Notes under the pieces: model-generated
Told to the model about the DNA's origin: nothing
Seen by the model: the letters and a program-made list of their open reading frames with translations, nothing else
Database searches by the model: none
Position numbers and translations under genes: made by a program
Source of the DNA: Somniosus microcephalus
Lineage: Eukaryota
NCBI GenBank assembly: GCA_052327205.1
Contig: CM126202.1
Span: forward strand, 171,554,001-171,618,000
Direction of reading: 5' to 3'
DNA: 64,000 nt
Shown: positions 48,955-60,016 of the stretch, piece by piece
Layout of the letters: each line of letters opens with the position of its first letter
How positions within the stretch are numbered: the first letter of the stretch is position 1

Positions 48955-51900
48955 TATATGTCTTACAAATGCAGTAACCAACAGTTTCTGAGCTCTGAAA
49001 CTGAAATGCTGCAACGTGGTATCCTTTATACCACTTCTGCAGCTGTCAGTTAATCAGATAAATCAAAGCAGACTCAACTGACAACAAGGTAAGCTGTCGT
49101 GTTCCCCGAGCAGCAGGTAACCTGTGGGGGAGCACGTAAAATTAGAAGGTAAGCTCAAAATGTAATTATCTAAATTGTCTCCCTCGCCGCTTGGTGTCGG
49201 GTCTGTTCTGCGCAGACAGACCCGACACCTGGGAGACTCATGTGGAGGCGGGTTGACAGTGGGTTTCCTACCTGGTCAATCTTTGCTATTTTGACAGCTG
49301 ACCCACCTCAGATCCCGCCCTCTGAGTGCCAGCAAAATCCAGCCCCAAGTGTCTAAATGGGGCAAAGGAGCAGAGGGATCTGGGGGTACAGTACACAGAT
49401 CAATAAAAGTAGTGAAAGGTTAATAAGGTTATAAAAAAAAAGATAAAGCACTGGGGTTCATTTCTAGAGGGATAAAACTGAAAAGCAGAGAAGTTATGTT
49501 AAACATGTACAGAACCTTGGTTACACCACACTTGGAGTACTGAGAACAATTCTGGTCTCCATATAATAAAAAGGATATAGAGGCACTAGAGAAGGTACAA
49601 AATATATTTACTAGAATTATACCAGAACTGAGAGGTTGTACCCATCAGGAAAGATTGAACAGGCTGGAACATGAACATATGAACATACAAACAATGGCGG
49701 ACACATAACGACCCTCTGGTCCATCGAGCCTGTCCCACACAACTGCGGTAACTTGTGTATCAAAATATATACACTCCACCTCACCCAAAACCATGTGATC
49801 TCCTGGGAGAGGTGAAAAACCAGGTAAAAAATCCCGGCCAATTTGGTGGAAAAAAATCTGGGAAATTTCTCTTCGACCCATCTAGGTGATCGAAATTAGT
49901 CCAGGATTTCAGTCTGGCCCTGAATTTCCTGCAGTACCTACCTTCTGTAAGAGGTGATCTCTGCCCCAGCCAGAAACAGGTCCAGCTCTCGCTTGAAGGA
50001 ATTCAGCGAATTAACATCCACTGCACAAGGCGGCAGCCTGCTCCAGAGGTCCACTATTCTCTGGGAAAAGAACCACCTCCTGACATCTAACCTAGATCTG
50101 GCCTTATACAACTTTAATTTTTGACCCTTGGTCCTCCCTAACCTATTTAATTGGAACAAACTGTCAACTGGAACACAATCTATTCCCTTCATTATATCTT
50201 TTAAACCTCAATCAGATTACCTGTAAGTCTACACTTTTCTAAAGTGTAGAGTCCCAAATCTTTTAGCTTATCTTGATAACTAAGAAGCTTTAAACTGGGA
50301 ATTAGTCTAGTGGCCCTCCTCCGCACCATTTCCAAAGCCTCAATATCACCCACCATGTGAGATGACCAAAACTGGACATAGTATTCCAAGTGAGACCTGA
50401 CCAAGGTATTGTACAGGGATAAAATAGTATGCCTCGTTTTGTACTCAATTGTCCTAAGGATACACCCCAACACCCTATTTGCTCTAGCTATCGCTTCACG
50501 GCATTGCTCATGTACCTTTAGAGATGTATGCACTAGAATGCCCAAATCTCTTTCTATTTCCGCCTTCTTTAATGCTTTTCCCAGAAAGGTGTATGAATGT
50601 TGAGCATTTGCCTTGCCCACGTGCATAACACTGCACTTCCAAGTTATGAGCCCAATCTCCCAACACATTAAGATCCATCTGAAGCAGACGAGCATCGTCT
50701 ACAGTCCTAACTCTCACACAGATCTTAGTATCATCTGGAAATTTGCAGATCGTACCCCCAACACCTACATCCAGATTATTAATAAAAATAATAAAAAGCA
50801 ACGTTCCAACACCGATCCCTGCAGGACACCACTGGTGACTAGTCTCCAAACAGATCCAAATCCATCTATAACTACTGTTTGCCTATGTCCTGCCAGCCAG
50901 TTCTCAACCAGCTCAATACATTACCACTAATACCACCAGGGGTGTCAATCTTATATAGAGTCTCTTGTGTGGTACCTTATTAAAAGCTTTTTGGAACTCT
51001 AAGTAGACACTGTCTACTGGGCTTCCCTCATCCACCATCTTTGTAACTTCTTCCAAAAATAGAATTAGATTTATAAGATATGACCTCCTTTTTATGAAGC
51101 CATGTTGGGTGTCCCTAATATGTCCCTCTCTATCCAAACATTCATATATTGCATCCCTAATGATTCCGTCAAGTATCTTACCTATTACTAATGTCAAACT
51201 AATGGGCCTATAGTTAACCGGGTCCGTCTTGTCACCTTTTTTAAAGATGGGGACTACATTAGATCCTTCCAGTCTATGGGAATCATTCCAGAGTGCAGTG
51301 AGCTATTAAAGATACAGGCTGGGGGTTGGAACAGCACATATTCGATCTCCCTGAGGACCCTCGGGTGGCTATCACCTGGCCCAGCTGCTCTATCTATTTT
51401 CAAGTTCTTAATTCTTTCTAAAACAATATATTCATCTATGTTAATATTACTAGTTTTGTTAGTAACATTATTAAATTCTAATAGTCGAGCATCATCTTCA
51501 AGAGTGAAGTCCAATGCAAAGTCTCGTTTAATACTTCTGCCATACCCAGTGAATCCTTTGTAACCTGTCCTTGAACATCCTTAAATGGTCCAGTACAGTC
51601 TGTGACAGTTCTCTGACTCTTCACATAACTGAAAAAGCTTTTCCCATTACTTCCACAAATGTCTATGATCCTCTTTTCCATTAGCCTTTTTGCTGATCTA
51701 ATAGCAGCCTTCGTTTTGTTTAGTTGTTCCTTGTACTCAACTCTGTTTAGTTGAGTCTTAAATACCTTTAATTTATAGAAACATTTCTGTTTACATCTTA
51801 TTTGTCTTTGTACAAAGCCACCTTGGCTTTTTCTTACCACACTCCCTTCTTTTGACTTTGGGTACATATTTGTTTTCCACATTTTTTATCTTGTTCTTAA

Positions 51901-52070
51901 AAACTTTCTACTTGTATTCTACATCGGTCTCATCACCACCCAGTAGGGTTACCCAATTTACCCGTTCCAAATCATCTGCCATTTTGGTGAAGTTTGCTCT
52001 TCTGAAATCTGGTACGAGTTGCAGATTCTCAGTACCTTTAGTTCTACCAGCCAACTGAAACCATATAATG

Positions 52071-52650
52071 ACCCCGAGCTTCTGGTCACCTGTCACTTTA
52101 ATTCTCCGCTCCATTCCCACTCAGACCTCACTGTCCTCGGCCTCTTACACGGTTCCAATAAAGCTCAACGTAAGCTTGAGGAACAGCACCTCATCTTTCG
52201 ATTAGGCACTTTACAGCCTTCTGGACTCAACATAGAGTTCAATAATTTCAGACCATAACCTCTGCCCCATTCTTTTTTTTTCCATTTATTTTATTTATTA
52301 TATATTTTTTTCAGCTGTCTTTCATTCTGCCATTTACACTTCATCTAGAGCCATCTTTTGTTTCTTAACTTGTCCCATTACCATCTCCTTTTGCCTTGCA
52401 CCATCTCTTAATGTCTCTTAATCTCTCCTGCCTTCCATCCTAGCACAGACCTTCCCCTTTTATTCTTTCCTCCCCTGCACTTGCTTAAAAACCTGTTCGA
52501 TCTCCATCTTTTTCCAGTTCTGACGAAGGGTCATCGACCTGAAATGTTAACTCTGTTTCTCTCTCCACAGATGCCGCCTGACCGGCTGAGTATTTCCAGC
52601 ATTTTCTGTTTTTATTTCAGATTTCCAACATCCGCAGTATTTTGCTTTTG
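52071..52650 (+). mobile_element. Penelope-like element 3' end (GIY-YIG C-terminus plus terminal repeat)
   Basis: VTCHFNSPLHSHSDLTVLGL...RKLEEQHLIFRLGTLQPSGLNIEF; 15-bp TSD TGAAACCATATAATG at 52056-52070 and 52651-52665. Confidence 0.88.
52516..52552 (+). ncRNA. Minimal type I hammerhead ribozyme motif (Penelope-associated)
   Basis: AGTT-CTGACGA-[AGG(G)TC atc GACCT]-GAAA-TG-TT-AACT: core boxes, stem II, and stem I AGTT/AACT. Confidence 0.6.
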
Positions 52651-53368
52651 TGAAACCATATAATGTTGTGGGCACTTTTGGCCAGATGCTCCCCCCACAT
52701 GGAGGCACGATACGAGGTCAGGCTCACTACTAAACACTAGATCTAATATATGATCATCACTAATTACTTCATTAACATGTTTAGTCAGGAAACAGTCTTG
52801 TATATTTTCGACAAATTTTTCAGCTGCACTTCCCAGCACAACAGAAGGTAAACCATTGTGAACTGAATGCCAGGAAAATTAAAATCACCCATCAAACAAA
52901 GTGGCAATTTATTTTAGAAAAGAGTAGACTGAGGGGTGACCTGATAGAGCTCTTTAAGACAATAAAGGGTTTGAGAGGGTAGACGTAGAGAAGATGTTTC
53001 CACTTGCGAGGGAGACCAGAACTAGGGTCCATTAATATAAGATAGTGACTAATCAATTCAATAAGGAATTCAGGAGAAATTTCTTTACCCAGAGAATGGT
53101 TAGAGTGTGGAACTCACTACTATAAGGAGTAGTTGAAGCGACTAGCATAGATGCATTTAAGGAGAAGCTAGATAAACACTTGAGGGAGAAAGGAATAGGA
53201 AGATGATGGAGTTAGATGAAGAAGGATGGGGGGAAGCTCGTGTGGAGCATAAACACCGGCACTGACCTGTTGGGCCGAATGCCTGTTTCTATGTTGTAAA
53301 TACTGTTGCAAATCATTTCCTCATCTGGTGTTTAAGCTTTAGAGGAAAGAAATGTAAATAATACATAC

Positions 53369-53510
53369 CACTCTTCAGACTGGCAACTCCCAAGGACTGA
53401 GCAGAGTGCAGGGTCAAACGAACATCATTGTCCTGAATGTACGCAGTTGTTGTCAGAGGATAAAAATTAGCTTGAAGAGGCAATTTGCTCAAAGTCTGCC
53501 GTGGCTGCAT
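53369..53510 (-). CDS. MAN2A1: Golgi alpha-mannosidase II exon (about exon 18)
   Basis: cag|[47 protein letters not shown](G)|gtatg; 142 nt, phase 0-1, in frame with the next exon. Across all exons the residues fit MAN2A1 better than MAN2A2. Confidence 0.96.
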
Positions 53511-54373
53511 CTGGGGTCATAAATTGAACCTAGTCAGCTTTAAGTATATCTCATTTTTTTAATCAGTTAACACTTTCTATGAATAATTTATTAGAAATAA
53601 TTTCTTTTACATGTAGTTTTTGCAAGAAAAGTCCAGGGGGAGAGGTTAGTAGATACAATAAGTGATTTAGACAAGCTTTTGTTTGAGTAAAAATTGAAAA
53701 GTAGAAACTGAACATTTAGTCCAAGCTACAAATTTGTCACAGAGTGAAAATTCAGTTTCTGTCACAGCTGAAGCAAAATGAGGTTCTGATCTCTTATCCA
53801 CAAGCGCAGAATACCCTTCATAGGAAAGCAGAATACTTATTGCCCCAGAACAGTAAAGGACATTTTCGCTGGGAATTTCCTTGGGGCTTCTCTCGTACTG
53901 CTGCTAGAAGTTCTATGGAAGTTCGGCACAAACCCTGCTTACAAGTTAAGTTACAGCGACAGAGCAGGGAGGGAACTAAAATGCACAACATTTTTAAGAT
54001 TGTTTTGCATTTTTAAGAAGTAGAGCAGAGTGTTGGAGATAGAAAGTGTAAATTATCCTAATTGTAACAATCTTTCCTATATCTATACCTAGCTTGGAAC
54101 TGTCAATTGTTTTTAGTTTGTTTTAACTTACTTCTCCATGGCTTGCTGCAGATAGTGAGAAAATGGAAATAAGAATGGGCAGGATCAGGGTTGGGAGTCA
54201 AACACTTGGGAAGAATGACTCAATAAGATTACATTATCCCAGTAAATTTGCCTCGATAATACATTTAACTATCATTAAGTATAACTGAGAAGTGTTATAG
54301 AGAAATATTACAGAAACTGTGAAATGGCGCACAGGTATCCTGTGATATTGCTCATGGTGAGTTGGAAGATTTG

Positions 54374-55204
54374 GGGCTCGAATTTATCAATGGGGATGTG
54401 ATGGAGGCGGGACTCCCACTTTTTGGGTTGTAGTCCCGCCTCCATCGACTTGTGGCCAACCCACGCTATTTTCCCTTGATTGACCTTGTTAAGCCCGCCC
54501 AGCGGGCTCAGCAGGCCAATTAAGGGACACCTGGTTACGTCAGTGATTGACATTTCATCTGTCAAGAGCTTTTGACAGATGAAAAATCAGCGTTTGACTG
54601 CTCTGTGAAGCTGTCAAACACTGACACAATCTGTCTTCTAACTTGAGTCCTTCGACTCAGACTCAGTTAGAGATCTCTCCAGACCAGAAAGCAGAGGCTG
54701 CAGCTTTTGACAGTTCAGCGGCCATTCTGCTTTCTGTGCCGGTGAACTGAGGGACTCCCGAGAACTGAAGGAAGGAAGCCTGCAGGAGAAAGTAAAGGTA
54801 AGTAAAACTTAATAAAACACTTTACACTTACCTCACACACTTACCTCTGCACACATGCACCCATCACTCACCTGCACAATGGACATCTCGACCCCTCCAA
54901 CCCCTTCAGACCGACGGTCTGCCTCGCTAACTTGGTTCCGTGGTTCAGAGCCGTCGGGAAGCCCACACTTCAGGGCTAAAAATAGGGATTAGGCAAAAAA
55001 CTGCCTGTTAACAGGCAGTTAATTGGCACTAATCCCCTTCCCGCCTCGGGGAGGCGGTTCCCAGCACAGGTCGGATACCCGCCTCCTGGGACATTGGCAC
55101 GGAGGCGGGTTGGGGGCGGGATGGGTTCCTGCCCCCCGATTCTGCAATTTTCCCACCACTCCCGCCTCCAAACCCGCCTCCATGTGGCTTGGAAATTCGA
55201 GCCC
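54374..55204 (+). mobile_element. Hairpin-array Harbinger-ended element, copy D (divergent subfamily)
   Basis: Perfect TIR GGGCTCGAATTT / AAATTCGAGCCC, TSD TTG. Confidence 0.88.
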
Positions 55205-55879
55205 TTGTTCTTTGGAAATAATAGGAGCGTTATGCAATAACATCATGGCCTTTGATTTATGGTATTGAATAAGTCGAATTCCATTTTTATTATATAGTAT
55301 TCTAGAATTTTGCGGATTGAATTCTGCAACTCTGATCATTATTCTGTGAAACTACTATATGTTCCATATATATATTTATTATATATATATAATTTTTATC
55401 CATTACCATTTAAAAAACTGAGGATACACAGCAAAATAGTATCTAAGATGCATCAGTTGGAGGTAGGTGCCTGGGGAGGGGGTGTTGGGATTTACTGCAT
55501 TGGGGAATGGTGGTCCTGGAGTTTGGCAACACTGGGGTGAGAGTGCTGGTGTTTGATATTTTCTAATTACCAACACATCACAGCTTTTCTGAGAAGCTTT
55601 CAAACCCCCCCCCCCCACACACTTTTTTCTGCCAATGTCCCCTCCATCCAGGCAGTGAAGGCACAGCCAGCAGCTCCTAACACCCACTTTCCATGTGCAA
55701 TCTACAAAGCAGGTGTTCATCCAGCATTAATCTTGCAAAATAATGTGGAAGACATTGTGACATCACTTCTGTGTCATTTAAATGTGCCTGCCTGTTTGAA
55801 CAGGAGCTTCCCCTGGATGTTTGTTCCCTTGACATGTACACTATGCAGAAAAAGGGTAAAGAAATACACAAAAACACAA

Positions 55880-56225
55880 ACACTGAAACAGGCCATTTGG
55901 CTCAACTAGTCTGTGTTTGCATTACCTTCCACATAAGCAAATAGTCTTAATCATACTTACCCACCCTGTTCCCATATCCCTTCGCCCCTCTTTCCTTCAT
56001 CCAACTATCCAATCTAATTTGAATGTTGACATAGTTTCTGCCAAACCCTAAAAGTGAATTCCACAGTCTTACAATGCTCTGTGCAAACAAGATTCTACTA
56101 CCTTCTGTTCTAAACCTCTTACATTTAATCTTGTATCTATGACGCCTCATTCTAGATCCCTCAACTATTGGAAACAGTCTACTTCTATCTACCCTGTCCC
56201 ACCCTTTCATAATTTTAAATACTTT
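55880..56225 (-). mobile_element. Degraded CR1 3' fragment
   Basis: ORF 55947..56279 VFKIMKGWDRVD...IVRLWNSL. Confidence 0.7.
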
Positions 56226-56982
56226 GGGGGAGAAATTCGGTATCGCCCCATTTGGGGCGCAATTGTCAGCCGGGCGCAAAGATTAGCGCCTGGCGCTAAT
56301 TATCGCCTCTGACAGCAAACTTGGCTTTTATTGCCCCTGGAGGTGATTGGAGCGCTAAATCAGGTGCTACACAACTCTCTTAAGGCGCTAAGGCCGAGGA
56401 GCGAGGCGCTACCTCAGAGGGTGGGCGCAGCGCAGGTGCTGTCAGTTAGCAATTGAACACAGACACACTGGCGGTCAGTTCTTAAAGGGGAGAGTCGATC
56501 TTGCTCTGCAGCCACACCCTGCTCAGTGGAGCCTTGAATCTCGGCCTGGGCAGACCTGTGGCTAAATCTAGCAGCCAGACACTATGGAAAGGGCCAGGGA
56601 ATGAGCGCAGCACTTCTGCGAGCGGGCCTTGGAGGCTCTGGTATGCGGGGTGGAGCGCAGAAGATCCATTCTGTACCCAGAGAGTGGCAGGAGGCCTTTG
56701 CCAAGCGAGTACAGGAAAGTGTGGAGGGAGGTGGCTCAGAGAGTGTCCTCAAGCAGCATGGTGCCTAGGACCCCTGTGCAATGTAGGAAAAAGTTCAATG
56801 ACCTCACTTGGGTCGTCAGGGTGAGTGCCTTTTTTTCAAAACCTTTTCATCCCTCCATCTCCACCTCACTTTATGGCCAGAGGGTCTTGAAAGCCCCAAT
56901 GTCCAACACTCATCCAATACCTATGGCCCTTTCATGAAACACACATGCACATTCCACACTCTGCATACAGTAAGGGCTATTC
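56226..56982 (+). mobile_element. PIF/Harbinger end with Myb/SANT exon 1 (about 56584-56820), cut by the assembly gap
   Basis: TIR GGGGGAGAAATTCGG; VWREVAQRV...RTPVQCRKKFNDL..R|gtgagt. Confidence 0.82.
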
Positions 56983-57482
56983 NNNNNNNNNNNNNNNNNN
57001 NNNNNNNNNNNNNNNNNNNNNNNNNNNNNNNNNNNNNNNNNNNNNNNNNNNNNNNNNNNNNNNNNNNNNNNNNNNNNNNNNNNNNNNNNNNNNNNNNNNN
57101 NNNNNNNNNNNNNNNNNNNNNNNNNNNNNNNNNNNNNNNNNNNNNNNNNNNNNNNNNNNNNNNNNNNNNNNNNNNNNNNNNNNNNNNNNNNNNNNNNNNN
57201 NNNNNNNNNNNNNNNNNNNNNNNNNNNNNNNNNNNNNNNNNNNNNNNNNNNNNNNNNNNNNNNNNNNNNNNNNNNNNNNNNNNNNNNNNNNNNNNNNNNN
57301 NNNNNNNNNNNNNNNNNNNNNNNNNNNNNNNNNNNNNNNNNNNNNNNNNNNNNNNNNNNNNNNNNNNNNNNNNNNNNNNNNNNNNNNNNNNNNNNNNNNN
57401 NNNNNNNNNNNNNNNNNNNNNNNNNNNNNNNNNNNNNNNNNNNNNNNNNNNNNNNNNNNNNNNNNNNNNNNNNNNNNNNNNN
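56983..57482. other. Assembly gap (500 N)
   Basis: Run of exactly 500 N, probably a placeholder length. Confidence 0.99.
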
Positions 57483-58210
57483 GCGCAGCAGGAGCCCCGG
57501 TGCGACTCTGTTCCGCGCTCGGCTCGGGGGGGGGGGCGGGGGGGGGCGGTGGTGAGGAGTTTAGCAGCAGCCCAGTTACCTAGCTCGGGCCTGGCTGGGC
57601 AAGAAAGGCCCAGGCTTTCAGGCCTAAGAAAAAAACGGGCAAAGGTAGGAAAAAGAATGTTCAGGTGAGATCAAATATTTACAAATGAGTGATTTATTTT
57701 AAAAGAATTTAATAAATTGAATTTTATTTTGCTGGAAATGTATATTTGAAAAGAAAGACGCAGAAAGCAGGAAAAAGAATGGAAGCAAGATGGCGGCTAC
57801 TCACCTCGGTTCAGAACGATAAGGCCCGCCCACACACGCACCGATTGGTCGACCGTCAGGTGACCAAAGCGTAGGATTGGTCAATCGTCCCGTCACTCGA
57901 CCATAGGAGGGCCCGGCCACACGCGGCAGCAAGCCGCCGTACGATTGGTCGACCTCGAGGTCACTCTGTCGCTAATGAGCGGATAATGAGATGCTAATGA
58001 GCGGAACGTTGAAGGTTTTTCAGATACCGCGGGCGCGATTTTAGCCCGGCCGAAACGTAAATACGCTTAAAACCGTCTTGGAAGCGCAAGCTTTCTTTGG
58101 AGGTAACGCGCGCGTAGGTACGCCCTGTAACTTTCGAGCGCATAGCCCAACAGACGCACAGGCAATGACAGAATGACAGACAGACAGATGTACCGATTTA
58201 TATATATAGA
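57483..58210 (-). mobile_element. Probable Helitron 5' end
   Basis: Minus strand reads A|TCTATATATATAAATCGGTACATCTGTCTGTCTGTC: 5'-TC after a host A, a (TA)n run and a (GTCT)n tract. CpG-rich; the 3' CTRR end would lie in the gap. Confidence 0.6.
57787..58005 (-). promoter_or_regulatory. Promoter-like module with a splice donor inside the probable Helitron
   Basis: CCAAT boxes at 57844, 57876 and 57944; GC box 57825-57831; GAG|GTGAGT donor at 57804; YY1-type GCCGCCATCTT 57787-57797; 3x TAATGAG. Confidence 0.5.
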
Positions 58211-58974
58211 TTATCATGCTACTCAAATCTGTGTCAAAATACCATTTTAATTCAATAATCAGGAAAACTTTTCTCAGTGTCTTACATTCCTTATTCTGTT
58301 GTACAGGTACTAGAACAGATTCTGATTTTTATTTGCATGATTAATTTTTGTGTCAAAATAATCAGGAAATTAGAATTGTTCCCCAATACAAAGTAACTCA
58401 TTCAATAAATTCTAACATCTTTACCTCCAATGTTTATTTATTCACCATACTGGAAGCTGCTAAGCTGTGATTCAATTAAAACCATCCCAAAATATAAAGT
58501 CTGTCACATAACCAATTAAAAATGTTGTTCTATGCCTGAAAAGCAGCTTTACTGATGCAAAGAGGAAGAGGCAAAGTGAGAAGAAAAGAAAGTTTTCACT
58601 CCAAATCACTATTCAGTGACATAATTGGAAGTGGGTGGAGATTGGTAGAGATCAGGATTGGACTTGGCTGTGATGGCACCCACTGCTGAAAACCCACCAA
58701 TAGTCTCTTCAGACTTACAAGTGATCAAGGGCAAGATGCTGGGAATGGGCCTGGAACAGTAATGTATTTTTGCTTCGTTTTGATTTGGCCAGAGAACTTT
58801 GGGAGTGAGAACATTTCTTTTAAAAATAAAATGAATTAGGGCAAGGGTTGGTAAGGCAGGGTAAAGGGGGAGCAAAAAGATTTTTAAAAAAGGAATTTAG
58901 AACCCTGAGGGCAGCAGGGATGACAGCCTTTAGGGCTCCAATTTTGTTTTACTAAAGTTGGGGCAGGGGTAGAA

Positions 58975-59420
58975 AGAACATAAGAATTAGGAACAAGAGT
59001 AGGCCATATGGCCCCTCGAGCCTGCTCTGCCATTCAATAAGATCATGGCTGAACTTTGACCTCAACTCCACTTTCCCGCCCGATCTCCATATCCCTTGAT
59101 TCCCCTAGAGTCCAATAGGCCAGAATGGTGTGTGGAATTCAACAGTGGGGCGGGGCCTAAAGAGGCCAAGTGTTAAAAAAGGTGGGCACAAGCATCGACA
59201 AAAAGAAAGAGAGGAGCCAAAGGCAGTGAGACGCTGTAAAGAAAAGCCAGTGATTGCATGAAAGCAGATCTGGCAGATTTTTCCAAAATGTAGATAGGGA
59301 AAGATCAAACAGAAGCGGAGAGCAGCCAGAGAGAGTGATGAGTGGAACGGGTGACTGAGGGGAAGGCCAGAGTGATTGGAGCATGGAGAAGGAAATGAAG
59401 AAATATTGGTTCGCAAGTCA
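58975..59420 (-). mobile_element. CR1 3' UTR (58975-59110) and L2 3' remnant (about 59150-59420)
   Basis: Matches the 3' ends of other copies in the window. Confidence 0.6.
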
Positions 59421-60016
59421 ACGGAAAGCAGGAGAGGGCGGCCTAGAAAGGGGAAAAATAATAAGCTATTAAATATTTTAAAATAATATAAAAGGTGAAG
59501 GAATTTTTTTTAAGATGCCATTCTGTATTGGTGACAAAGCACTATACAGGTAAAAGCATTTGAGTCACAGATGCCAAGCTGCTGTTCATCAACACAATCA
59601 CATTACATTTATGATTTTATTTAGTACACACCATGTGTAGAACCATTTGGACTGGATTTTCCTCCAGCCACTGAAAATGGAGCAGGGTGGGGATTTTATG
59701 AAGCGCTACCAGAAGCCCACTGCATTTTCCAAGAGAGGGCCTCATTTGATATACAGGGTCATTTTTCAGTGCTGTTCTCATTCCTACGTGGCTTTCCAAC
59801 ACTCGGAGGGCCAGAAGCAATTGAAATTGAACGAGACCGTGCCAAGAGAGGTCTGAAAAGGCAGAAAGAGGAGCAACATCAAGGTCTTCATCAATGGCAA
59901 AAACCCCATGGGGCAGAAATTCGGTATCGCCCTGTTTGGGGCGCAATTATCAGCTGGGCGCAAAGTTTAGCGCCTGGCGCAAATTATCGCCTCCAACTGC
60001 AAACTTGGCTTCTATC

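Larger units (their letters stand above)
43567..49345. mobile_element. Full-length two-gene PIF/Harbinger transposon (decayed) with nested insertions
   Basis: TIRs GGCCGTGATTTC / AAAATCCAGCCC, TSD TAA/CAA; Myb/SANT gene on +, DDE transposase on -. Confidence 0.9.
49668..52900 (-). mobile_element. Divergent CR1 LINE ORF2, decayed, split by Penelope
   Basis: ORFs 50201..50695, 50913..51197 and 52612..52839; tail ttcatatgttcatgtt. Confidence 0.85.
42705..53300 (+). mobile_element. Old CR1 LINE in three pieces (42705-43566, 49346-49667, about 52905-53300)
   Basis: The pieces rejoin into a continuous CR1 ORF2 3' half and 3' UTR (ggaaaataa|gtgtctaaatggggc). Confidence 0.75.

Noticed and set aside
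55201-55339. Possible upstream MAN2A1 exon
   Set aside because: The translation lacks the expected FYTDLNG motif. I found no further exon between 53511 and 64000; it may be in the gap or beyond the window.
56808-57668. Long ORFs spanning the N run
   Set aside because: Artefacts of translating through the gap.
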